Part shown: positions 38,598 to 50,300 of the stretch, piece after piece | Layout: each line of letters begins with the position of its first letter | How positions within the stretch are numbered: position 1 is the first letter of the stretch | Assembly (NCBI RefSeq): GCF_964188315.1 | Contig: NC_135657.1 | Span: 76,198,001 to 76,262,000, forward strand | Length of the DNA stretch: 64,000 nt | Reading direction: 5' to 3' | Source of the DNA: Podarcis muralis | Taxonomy: Eukaryota | Program-made: the position numbers and the translations under genes | The notes under the pieces: model-generated | What the model was told of the DNA's origin: nothing | The model's input: the letters and a program-made list of their open reading frames with translations, nothing else | The model's database searches: none

Positions 38598-38790
38598 CAG
38601 GGCCAGCCCACCCATGAGACAAGGTGAGGCAACTACCTCAGGTGGCAAGATCCACCAGGGCAGCAGACCCCAATCTTTCTTCTCTCCCCCTGTCACTAAT
38701 GTAGATCTCCTCTCACCCCTTCTTACCTGGCATAGGGATGCTATTTTGGGGACTACCCCTCAGGTGCCAAAATGTCACAGGGTAGCCCTG
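38598..38790. mobile_element. hAT-type MITE
   Basis: TIRs CAGGGCCAGCCC / GGGTAGCCCTG; TSD CGCCTGTA / TACCTGTA (both differences consistent with CpG decay). Confidence 0.75.
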
Positions 38791-40989
38791 TACCTGTAAA
38801 ATGCATCTCCCTTTTGATGGTTTTGGAGAGGTTCTAGAAAGTGGGCGGAAATGTTCGTGGACACTGCATGCTAGTGTATGGCGATGTTAATCATAACACA
38901 GAGTCATTCATCAGCTTGGAATCCTGTGTGTTATTGTTTGAAACCAGGGGACAGCATCTGTCAGGCTCTCCTGGTGGATCTCCTAAGAGGGGAAATGTAA
39001 TGCTTTGCTTATGAAACTGAAAATTAAGGCATCCACTTCCACTGAACAAGTACACTGAAAAGTAACACAAAAAATTCTGGAGCACTATGGAATTTGCAGT
39101 ATCAAGAAAAGTATGCTGCTGCCGTCCATGTAATGCTGCATCTGGGAACATCATTGTGTCTGGACAAGAATTGGGGAGTGTGAGGGTGCTTGGTGTTGTG
39201 CATGAATGGAACATGGGTGCAGGCTTTATAAGCTATTCCTTGCACCCAGGAGCCTATTTTCTAGTATATGTTCACCAGTCACTTCACGATCAAGTAAGAA
39301 TTTTTTTTTGCCTATCTGCACATTGGGCAGGTTTTTGGTTTTTGTTTTGCCTGAATTTAGGTGGTATTGGTGTTTAATGTCCAGTGCTGTTAAATAGGTT
39401 GATTTGTTTTCATGCTTAAGTTGGTCACATTGTTGGCAGGGAGATGCAGGAAAGGTTAAGGTTATCTTAGGGAACAGTTTAGCATCCTTAGGGACCTTTG
39501 AAGGTGAAGAGTGTTTCCAGAGACCAGCTGCTTTAGGTTGTGAGGCCCATACCTTGGATATGGAACATCCTTGAAGCTCACCTGCCAAACCCTCCCAGAG
39601 TTGTGGGGCCCAGAAGGTGGCGAGTCAGGAAGACCTCCCTACTTGCCGTAATGCATTGGGGCAATGCCTCATCATGCCCTTTGGAATAGGCAAGGTTTGA
39701 AATTAAGCTAGGTTTCTGCTCGTCTAATTTCCCCTGCAGATATAGTTTAAATAAAATGCGGTCCTAGTTCAAGCCATCACTTGCCTCTTCCTTCCTGGGT
39801 CTGGTCACAAATAACCTCTCAAGCAGGAACTGTTGTTCACCATGTGAAGCAATTTCTTGCACAGGGAGTCCAGCTGGTCTTTTGATGAAATCTTTGAGGA
39901 CTGTGAAAAGCAAACTTCTTGAAAATTCAACACAGACTATGAAACATGTTATCGCTGCAGTATAATTGTAACACTACAATCAACCATTCTCAATAATTGT
40001 AAAGAGACTGGGTGGTAATGAAGTGGGGAGCTGGGGGCTGGATGAGGCCTGCAGAGATCTGATAACTGCTTAGTTTTTGCCTCTCTGCTCCATAATTGTC
40101 CCCTCTCCTAAGCCTCCTTTCCTCTTGTTCCTGAACTGAACAGGGGAGGGAAGCAGCGCACAGCACAAAATCCAAGTGGTGGGATGGAGGAAGTGTGCAT
40201 GTATGCATGTGATTTGGGTGCAGGTATGTGTGTACCTGCTTGTATGCTGTGGCCTCACTCACTCTGGACTTCAGCTCTAACCATTGCAGATATGTGGTTC
40301 CTAAACAACTTTTCCTGAGGGAATACAGCCCCATGGTCAGGAGTTTCCCCATTCCTGCTCTAAAGGAACCTACACTGGACTTTAAAAGATACTGAATTGA
40401 TCTTGTACTGGCAATGAAAGGCTTACAGATATTCACGGTTGGTGAACTCAGGTCACTTTGTGTGGCACATCCCCAGGTTCCTATTTCTCCACATTATGTT
40501 GCAAGAGATATGGAGAATGAAAAGAGGGGGTTGGCCTATCCCTAAACCTTTAAACCTTTGGTCTGGAGAAATGAGCTTTATTTCATTAGAGGAAGCCTGT
40601 ATCAGGTTCAGTTGTTTGCAGTCTGCACTTCGGAATGTGATCTGAATATCCCATTCCTTTTTAATTATATTGATTGAGACTGTCTTTTGTGAGCAGAACA
40701 AAAAAAATCAATCCCTAAATAGACTTGTGGTGAAGATCAGGTGGCGATTCAATGATGTGTTCTTTTCAAGGTATTTCCTAGACTTCCTATATGTGAAAGA
40801 TAAAATTTGCTCTCATATTGCTGAACTAAGGAGGAAGACTGTGATAACAAGCAATTCTGTCGCAAGTTCTCAGAAAGTTAAAATGAAAGCATACAAAGGA
40901 ATTATAATATGGGCTATGACTTTGTATAGGCTTAGGTTGCCCTATCATTGGATGTTCTCTGGGTGGTGCTTTTCTTTGGGGGGGGGGGA

Positions 40990-41815
40990 TTCCTGAATGC
41001 AAATTGTTCTGGACAGGGTTGCACTTTCTTTGTGAGACCCAGTTTGCAGTTTGGCAGAACCACTTCTGAACGGCCAGGTGGTTGTGTGGCTAGGAGTGCC
41101 TTTGCCTCATTTCAACTAATGCACCAACTGTCCCTTCCTGTTGAAAGCAGAGATTGCATCCAGGTTGGATTACTGTGACACACTCTATATGCTGCCCTTG
41201 GAAAGCATCTAGAATAGGCACCACCAAACTCAGCCCTTCAGCTGTTTTGGGACTACAACTCCCATCATCCCTAGCTAACAGGACCAATTGTCAGGGATGA
41301 TGGGAATTGTAGTCCCAAAACAGCTGGAGAGCTGAGTTTGGGGATGCCTGATCTAGAAACTTCAGACCAAATTACTTTTGGTTGTAACCAAAGTAATTTA
41401 TGGTACTCGTTTTCCTGACCATATCTTGTTGCTTGTTTTATGAAAACCTCAAATGTCTTGGGACCATGATCTTTGAAGGATTGCCTCTTCCTACAAATGG
41501 GAAGAGATAACAGCATCTTTTCAGTCGCACATCCAAATTGTGGGGCTCCCTCTCAAAGAAGGTTAGATCGGTCCCTTTTCTGTTGCCATTCAGCAGGCGG
41601 TTAATAGATTTTATTTTTGTTCCACCAGGCTTTTAACATATTTCAGTTAAAGTTTTTATCTGTTTTCTGTGTGTGGTTTTTTGGGTTTTGTTTTTTTTTG
41701 CTCCGATTGCTGTTGCTTTAATTGCATCGGCATTTTATTATTGTAAACTGCTTGGGGATTATTTGTAAAGCTGAAAGGCAGCGTATAAACCTTTTATAAG
41801 ATTTTAAAAATAAAT
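40990..41815 (+). mobile_element. Old L2 LINE fragment interrupted by a hAT MITE
   Basis: TCCAGGTTGGATTACTGTGACACACTCTAT (SRLDYC-like L2 motif) and an L2-type tail (TGTAAACTGCTTGGGG…AAATAAAT); boundaries approximate. Confidence 0.55.
41215..41350. mobile_element. hAT (Charlie-like) palindromic MITE, 136 bp
   Basis: Long fold-back (…CAGCTGTTTTGGGACTACAACTCCCATCATCCCT / AGGGATGATGGGAATTGTAGTCCCAAAACAGCTG…); perfect 8-bp TSD ATCTAGAA (41207-41214, 41351-41358). Confidence 0.9.
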
Positions 41816-42103
41816 CAGCAAGTGACAGCTCCCCTGAGAGATATTATCACAGTGTCAGTATAGAGTGACCATGGAACTTGTGGGTGATACAGAGTTATTG
41901 TATGGCAACCCGGCACACTTTACCTCCTTCTGAAACAAGCTTTTGCCTGAAAATAGATGCTCATCAACTACAGATTGATATTTCTGTGTGGGACAGAGAG
42001 AGGCATCTGTCTCCTTCATTCATATTTGCCTGTGCTATGATGATAACGTTACTTTTTTTAAATGTCCCATCAATTTCAGTAAAACTTACTTCTGAATAAG
42101 TAA

Positions 42104-42335
42104 GGCTGCAATTCTAGACACACTTACCTCATATTTAATCCCACTGAACTCAAAAGGGTTTACTTCTGAGTAGACATATAGAGGAATACACTCATTTAAA
42201 GTTGTTAGCTTTATATTCTGACCCTAAGCATGTTTTGCAGCCTGTGCCTACAATCCTAACCGCACTTACCTGGGAGTAAGTCCCACCTAAATCAATAGTA
42301 CTTACTTCTGGTTAGACATCATTAGGATTGTGCTG
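42104..42335. repeat. Two adjacent copies of a short palindromic interspersed repeat (CAATCCT…CACTTACC…GAGTAAGTCCCA…ACTTACTTCTG…AGGATTG)
   Basis: Mutually similar ~85-bp units; further decayed copies at ~12991-13060, ~14290-14345 and ~56365-56430. Confidence 0.6.
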
Positions 42336-44199
42336 TAAATGCCCCTTATTTCAATATACATAATAAGTATGGCCTGGCCAACGTAAAATTGCCTACAAAA
42401 TTGCCCTTTAATTTGAGTTCAACATGCTTCTGCTTAAAGAAATCAGGAAAAATATATTTACTTGGATTGATCATATCTAAATGTAGGCCTGGAAATCCAA
42501 GCCCCACAAATCGGGTGGGGGGGATTGAGATTCCCCCATTTTTTAATGAAGCCTTTTTGTCATCTCCCACCCCAAAATTTGCAAAATAGGGGATGGGCTA
42601 TGAAATATTTTCTTTAATACTGGTGGAAAAAAGGTTTAGACAAAGTGTTCACATATTTACTCCCACAAAATGATTTCTAAAACTGTGTAACAGAAAAAAA
42701 ACTTTTATGTAAGACTGTGTACAGTATCAGACCATTACCAATTCCTGTATTCTCAAAAGCAAGAACAAGGTTCATTTCTGTCTCTTGGAGGGCACTGCCA
42801 CTGGCAAAAGGAATAAAGCCTTCCTCTTATTGACACAGTTGGTGGATCTATTTCTGTCCTCTTGACTAGGACTCAAAGGATTGGGAGAAAATACAGAGCA
42901 ACATAATTTTGTGGCTATCGAATTCATGTTGCTGTGAGTCTATTTGATCCAGGATTCAAAGGCGGATATTTAAGTGATGACAGCACAGCTTCTGCATTTG
43001 ACTTGATTATAGGCAAAGGGGAGAGAAAAGGCAGAACAGGTGAATGCAGGCTCCTTATGAAGATGCAAAAAGGGGCAAGGGTTATTTTTCAGTCAGGATT
43101 CCTCCCTTCTGAGTACTGTGCAATCACTCTATATTAAAAAAATGGAGCATTGTTTGCTTTCCAGGGACACAGTTTATATTCAAAGCACATCCTCCAGTGC
43201 TTTGAATACAAACTGATTTCTCTGCAGAAGGAAAAATGCTCTGGTCTGGGGAGCATTCTCCCCTCTACAGAGACTTCAGAGGGGCTTTCTGTAACCTTGA
43301 TGCCTCTTTGAAGGTGCACTCCCTGTGCCACTCAGCTAATTGGCAGTTAAGAGTGACCACCTTTTGAACTGGACAGGTGCGAATCACTTGCTCTCATTGT
43401 GACATCAGGTGATAGGCAGGTGGGTGATAATATCCACCTGTCAAAGATGTCTTGCTGGGAGTGAGAATAGGGGGCTGGACCCAGTCCCACACCACTGCCC
43501 TATGTCCACTATTATCCCAGCCTGGGTTCCCATTTGTATGCAACTGTAGCATTGGTCCCACTAACCTGTGGCCCGTGTGTGACTACTTCAATAGCGACAT
43601 CTTTCCCAGCTGGTTATTGCCCAGTGTGGAATGAGTTTATGACTGGGTGACCCGTATCATGGGGCCTGCCCATATAGGTTCAGTTACATACAGCAGTTAC
43701 ACACGTACCACAGGGAAGCATCACTAGTGGTATGTGTGAAGAGAAGGCACAGAATGAGCATAGCATGAAGTGGCTCCTTTGTAGAACAGGTGCAGCTGGC
43801 AGGAAAATGATGCCTATTATAAGGAGAGAAGCAATGACGGATTCAACAATCAGAGGTTCAGTCGGGTGTAATTATAATGAGTTGGTTTTAATATACCATG
43901 AGAGAGGTATACAATATTTTATGGCTATGGTAGATTAGGTAGGGAGTTCTCTTTGGGAAACACATTAGAAAATAGGATGCACTCTCAGGCAACAGATCAA
44001 TAAACATAATTAGCTGCACAAAAGATTAACACAAATTATTTAAAAAGTATTATTGAAATTCTGTTTGGGAACAGTGTAATGTGATGTATGTTAGCAAGCA
44101 CAGCAATATAGGAACAATGTAATCAAGAATGCCTTTGTGCTGAAATCATTGTACGTCTTGGAGAATTTTAATTACCGTGTTAATAAGATATGCTGAAGA

Positions 44200-44560
44200 A
44201 AGCGGTGTGATTTATTATTGCCTTATTTATTAATTTATAAAAGTTCTCTGGGCGGTTTACAATAAAAGTTTGACAGTTACATACAAAATTAAAGCCATAA
44301 AACCTAAATGCAACTTAAAACTAGCAGCAGAGGATGGAACAATGTAATAAAGCTCACAGCAGCACCAAAACATTTCTGAGGTCTTAAAACACAAGGAACA
44401 ATGAATTCAAAATTCAAAAAGATGAAAAATCCTGAGAAAATCAGAAAAATGATCTTCACTTAACATCAAAGATATCAGGGCATAAGCCTCTAGCGAACCT
44501 GTCTGGGGAGAGCACTGCATAGCATGGGCACCATTCCTGAAAAGGCCTTCTGCCTTACAC
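44200..44560 (-). mobile_element. Old L2 3' remnant
   Basis: TTTATT-rich tail, CTCTGGGCGGTTTACAA, and GGGGAGAGCACTGCATAGCATGGGCACC…GAAAAGGCC resembling the younger L2 copies. Confidence 0.45.
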
Positions 44561-45091
44561 AAGGTTTTTCAACAGTGTCATGTTTCTTATGTGCTAACAA
44601 AGAAAGCCTTGATTCTTGGGGCTTACTTGTTCATGTCTTTCTACAGTTCTGATCTTCTCTCTTGTTTCTACAAAGGCCATTGGACGAAGCTTACAAACTA
44701 AGGGTTTTATTCAGTGTTGGTCATACTAAGAAATTATTTGAAATTAATGAACAAGGCCAATTTAGGTCCATTGATTTCAGTGGGCCTACTTTGAGTAAGG
44801 GATTATCCACACTTACCTTTCCTCTGTGCTTTCCAGCCACCCTTTAAAGATCCATGTCCAAGTACTCTTCCCCCATGAAAACCTGCTCTTTAAAGCTGAA
44901 TCAGAACTCAAGCCAACTTTATGAATCCAATGCACAGCCTTAGCTTCTACAAATAACCTCACACACATCTCTCAATCCAGGTAAACAAGAGACACTATCA
45001 CAATTCAAAGATGCATCCCAGCCAGGTGAAAGTACTTGAGGGGGGTGTAGAGCAGGGCTGATGGAGGAATATGGTATGGGAAGGTATGTCC

Positions 45092-45256
45092 CATAGCTGT
45101 CAACTTTCAGATTTGAAAATAAGGGATCAGCAGCCTCACCTGCCCCGGGGACAGTCTACAGGATATCTAACAATCCAGGATAGCAATGGGAAGCAGTGGG
45201 AAACAGCGCTGGAATAAGGGAATTTCCTGCAAAAAAAGGGAAGGTTGACAGCCTTG
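45092..45256. mobile_element. hAT-type MITE, 165 bp (longer relative of 6233-6322)
   Basis: TIRs CATAGCTGTCAAC / GTTGACAGCCTTG; TSD GTATGTCC / GTATGGCC (7/8). Confidence 0.8.
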
Positions 45257-46132
45257 GTATGGCCTAGTGTTGTGTTGGGGTAACACATCAGGAGGAAAGC
45301 AGGTCTCTCAAACACAACACTCCTTTGCTACTACAAAACAAGAATGGAAAAAGAAACTAATTCCGGAGCTCTGCAGCATGCAAACCAGAGGCACTTAAGA
45401 GGTCCAAAAAGTATTACCTTGAAACTCAGTGCCCCTGGCATACATAACACCTAGGGCATCCTTTGTCAACTGGTGCCCTCCATCTGTTTGGGCTACAACT
45501 CAGCACACTGTGCTGGCTATGGATGATGTTTCCCACCAAGTGGCAAAGGCTGGTCTGGGGAGCATCCTGAGGGCTGGAATGCTGCATTTGTCCAGTACTC
45601 CTGAGGTTTCCTAGCCTATTTGGACTTTAGGAATAACCCCCCACTGGTTTGTCTGTGTCTAGATCACATGTTCTTATGAACACTCTTTTCATCTTTATAG
45701 CCTGCAAAGCTGCAGTGGGAATAGAATATCTCCTCAAAGATTAAGGTTGTTTTTACCATTTTTCTAAGAGGCTCTGAGTAATAATGTTAAGTGATATTGC
45801 TTTCAAAGCACACGGGTAAGAGGATGCCTTTTTGTATCAAACAAATAGCAGATAAGAACATCTCCTTACATGCAGCGCAAAAGATAATTTGGCAGAGGAG
45901 GCTGACTTTTGATGACGGCCTGAATTTTTAGCTTACAGTCATTTAGGAAGAAGAGGTTGAAAGAATGATGCACTCTGACCAAATTAATTTATGTTTGAAT
46001 TCCCACCTCATTCCAGATCTCAAGGTCTGGCTGGCGTGACAGACTGGCTTCAGGTACTGACTCTCAAGACAAAGGCTTTCTGCCTCAGTAGAATCCAGGA
46101 GGGAATGGGAGAAGGAGAGCACAGCTTAAGTT

Positions 46133-46342
46133 CATACTCTCCAACATGCCCCAGAGGACAATTGGGACCCATGTCTTTTGGGGCCGTGTCCCCACAGGAA
46201 CTAGGTGACTCACATAAGAGCATAGCACCCAAAAATGTATGTCTTTCGGGGCTATGATTTTGTGGGAGCCAGGTGACTCATGTGAGAAGATGACTTCCCA
46301 AAATGGGATGTATCACTTAAATTGGGACAGTTGAGGGGTATA
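46133..46342. mobile_element. Degenerate MITE
   Basis: TIR-like CATACTCTCCAAC / GTTGAGGGGTATA; TAAGTT on both flanks. Confidence 0.5.
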
Positions 46343-46792
46343 TAAGTTGCTTTTGGGACTTGTCTATTGGGGAGAAAGTGAATTATGCTGAAATAGAGGA
46401 CCTAGGTGATTTGCTCTAAGCCTGTCTTTATCAGATATATAGTTGTCCTATCCTTTAAATGACCCTAGGGTTCTGGGTAGGGCTGGCCCGAAAAAGCACA
46501 GAGGAATTAAAAAATGTTTCACCCACACTGCTGTTTTCTGTTTGAATGCTTCTTCTTTCAAGAGATGCAAAATCACTTTGGTAGACTGGACAATCAGAGC
46601 TCTGACAGTATAAAGCTAACAACTTTTTAAAAAGGTGAATTCGGGGGAATCAAAATGGCTGCTACAATGAAAGAGATAAATTATAGCTCTATTCAGATCA
46701 CATATAGAACATTTCCACTGAAAATATTGGACACAAAAAGCAATCTTTATTTCAAATCAAGTGAGATTTGGATCAGAATCACAGGCAGAGAT

Positions 46793-47205
46793 CGTTTCCG
46801 AGCACGATTCAAAGTGTTGCTGCTGACCTTTAAAGCCCTAAACGGCCTCGGTCCTGTATACCTGAAGGAGCGTCTCCACCCCCATCGTTCAGCCCGGACA
46901 CTGAGATCCAGCGCCGAGGGCCTTCTGGCGGTTCCCTCATTGCTAGAAGCGAGGCTACAGGGAACCAGACAGAGGGCCTTCTCGGTAGTGGCGCCCCCCC
47001 TGTGAAACGCCCTCCCATCAGATGTCAAAGAGATAAATAATTACCTGACATTCAGAAGACATCTTAAGGCAGCCCTGTTCAGGGAAGTTTTTAATATGTA
47101 ACGCTGTACTGTTTTTAACACTGATTGGGAGCCGCCCAGAGTGGCTGGGGAAACTCAGCCAGATGGGCGGGGTATAAATAATAAATTATTATTATTATAT
47201 TATTA
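46793..47205 (+). mobile_element. L2-clade LINE 3' fragment with (TTA)n-like tail
   Basis: Frame RFRARFKVLLLTFKALNGLGPVYLKERLHP…RAFSVVAPPL*NALP; closely similar to 4356-4802. Confidence 0.87.
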
Positions 47206-47303
47206 TAAATCAAACACAAAGGAAAAAGTACTTTTAAATTGTGTCTTTTATTTTAAATAGACCTATTACAACAACTTTATACACATATTGATAGCTATTT
47301 ACA
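47205..47303 (-). terminator. Predicted distal FUT9 polyadenylation site (AATAAA at 47252-47247)
   Basis: On the minus strand: three upstream TGTA motifs (47303-47300, 47283-47280, 47270-47267), AATAAA, then the U/GU-rich downstream element TTTTTCCTTTGTGTTTGATTT. Confidence 0.6.
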
Positions 47304-50300
47304 TATCCAGTGTTTATCATCTTCTGGGGAGAATTTCTGTGCTAATCTTTTAAAAAATCAATGAAGTGCTTGAAAACTTGCGGAAAATAAAATTCCACAC
47401 ATCATTGAAGTCTTTATTACAGTTCCAGTTCCCTGGCATTCCACAAAAGGGAGTTTTGCAGACTGTCACATGTAATATGTTTTCATAAACAGAACCACAG
47501 ATAATCAGACACACAGAAATTCACAACATAAAGGAGGAGGGGGAAATGCAACCACATATTTATACTTCCACATATTAAGGTGGCAAAATAGTAATCCAAA
47601 CAACAGGAAACCTGGCTTTATTTGAGGTTACACTTGGGAGCACAAAGAGGAAACCTTCAACTTGTAATTAATATAAAAGTATACACATTTTTTACAAGGC
47701 CGTTTGTCCTTTCATGGCTTCTTAAAATGTATATTTTAGAAGTGAGCTATAATTTCCCACTGCAGTTTATATCACTGTTGGATATTTCCCTATATTTATG
47801 TACAATAAATGATATGATAAACACAATGGTGCAAGTGTCTGGAATAATAAAGCAGTCCTGCTTTAATATTATTATGCAAGTAAATGAAAACTTGGCTTCT
47901 GAATTGCTGGGTGTGGGAGGAAATACAAAAAGGGAACAACCCCTTTCTGCAAGGCTAGAGTAGTTCACCCAATCACCCAACCAGAAAACTGAACCATGCT
48001 TCTGAACTCCCTATGAATTTGGTTGTTAATACTGAAAGTACTTGCTTTACCCAAAATCCTGTTTTACAAACTCATACGCATGTGATGTGGGAGCTGCTTC
48101 ACTCTCTGTGGGTGAATAAGCCATACCCTCTTTCATTTCCCAGCAACCAGGATATTACATTGTCATGACTGGATAAATTCTTCAGTTTGCACATGCTACA
48201 GCGGCCTTTTCCCTCTTGACAAAACCATGTGGAGTTCAATCATTGCTTTTGATAGTATGCAATTTAAAGAGTTATGGTGCAGCAAACAAGACTGCTCACT
48301 ATTGTTTTCAGCTCTGTTCCAGCTTCCACCGGATAATCAGTTATTGATAATTTAACCAACACATATTTATTAAATGTCAACATTATTCACTATCATAATG
48401 AAAGAACAGCAAGACTAATAGCACCCTTTTTCATTTTGTAAGACATTTCAAGTAATTTGGCAAGCTAGTGATTGCGTAATTCAAAAGCATCTTGGCTCAC
48501 AGTTTCAAATGCTGATCTGTATCTTAAGATATTCTCTAGCAACCTGCTATTCTACATCAATGTTAGCTAAGGGTTATATATTTCACAGACATGGAAAAAT
48601 ACAAAAATAAGTAGAAAAAGTGATTTATGAAAGTAGCCAATATAAAAATTAAAACAATCCATTGGTGTGTTGGGTGTGGTCATTGTTGCTTGAGTCAAAA
48701 TAGTTAATTATACATCACATTAACACTCAGAAAAACAAGATAATTAGATAAAGTCAGCAAAATATTTTACATACTGTACATTTGGCATGTTTTAGATTTT
48801 TAAAGTTTTTTACAAAGTAGTGCAAAATTACAGTGCATTAATACAAGATATAAGAAGTCCTATATAACAAATATTTTCCCCATTTTTAACTTTTGTGCTC
48901 ATTCACTGGAAACAAGTTTGCACATTAAGACTAACAGCACAAACCTATGCATGTTTACGAAAAAGTGAATCCTGCCGAGTTCAGTAAGTTCTAAGTAAAT
49001 ATGCATAGGTTTACAGCAGTTGTCACAGAGAACATCCATTAATTGGCCCTTGAAATATTTAAAATGTGTGAAAGGATGTAACATTTCAATATTGACTTTC
49101 TGGTTGCATGTTGACATAATACAGAAACGTTGGAATGGCCCAGCAATTCCTTCTGCAATCCATGTCAGAGAAGAACAAAGGAAGTCCCCCCCCCCCAATT
49201 TGCTATTGAAGGCTTGATGGATTTTCCATTGGGTTTACTAAAGGTGTTGCCTCCACCCATTTGTAAGTGCTCCTGACATTTGCATTCGTTTGCCTCCCTT
49301 GGATTAAAAATTGATCATTTTTTTCTTTTATTGTCTAGAAAAGTAAGTTGGAGGTTTAACTTGTAGAATTAATCACAAGAAGCATGATCAACCAGAAATT
49401 AAGAACTTTTAAGTCTCTCTCGTTTCAGTAGTAGAATTATGCCAGTACTAATATTGGCTCAGTCACTGTCAAAATCCTTTGCGTACATCTAATACATAGT
49501 GAATGATTTCACTGACTAAAACTACTTAAACCTCTGCACTTTAAAAATTGCCAGTGCTGCTAATAATAACATCCTTAGGAAAGCTCATGTTTTCGCAATT
49601 CATTCTTACTACACTGTGTTACTCCAGGATGAAAAAATTATGGCTGTGATATAAAAAGACCAATGTGCATGGACCTGAGAGAAGACGTTTTAGGGTAAGT
49701 GAGAGACAAAACGTGGTGTAAAGGGGAAGTAAAAAATCTCCATGAGAAGAAGACCATGGGTAGCTTTTCAGACCCTAGTTTATAGTCTTCCAAAAATGGG
49801 ATACTTGGTTGAAAGTAGGAAAGCTGCCCGCAGTATGTTATAGTACACATTCTCCATTTTTGGAACACATGCTCAGTGTGTGTATAATATATATCCCCCA
49901 TTTAAATACATTTTTTGGCATGTGCAATAGTGATTCTGATATGCTTCAATTAACACTATAGTGTTAATTCTGATCTGCTCACTTATATCTGTGCATCCAA
50001 AACAAGTGTATGGCCCTTCTGATTGCCCTCAGTGAATGAACAGTTTGCAATCAGATCTTTAGCCACTAAAGACTGAAGTGATATATTTATAGTTCACATT
50101 AAACAGCTATCAAAACCATTTTGGTTTCAATTGGATTATCAGCCAAAAAACAAAAGGCTTTGTATAGCTTTGTCACATCACTATGCTGACCGCCTCTCCA
50201 TGACTACATGCAAATGGTACTTTGAGTTAGCTGTAAAAAAAGAATAAAGGGACACAAGCTCCCAATGAATTTCATATAACATAATGAAAAGAACGTATGA

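Noticed and set aside
39990-40436. 148-aa ORF
   Set aside because: Overlaps decayed MITE-like sequence; no protein features
1-47200. Exons of a neighbouring gene (UFL1 is expected beyond the FUT9 3' end by human synteny)
   Set aside because: No CpG-island first exon or recognisable UFL1 peptide in any frame
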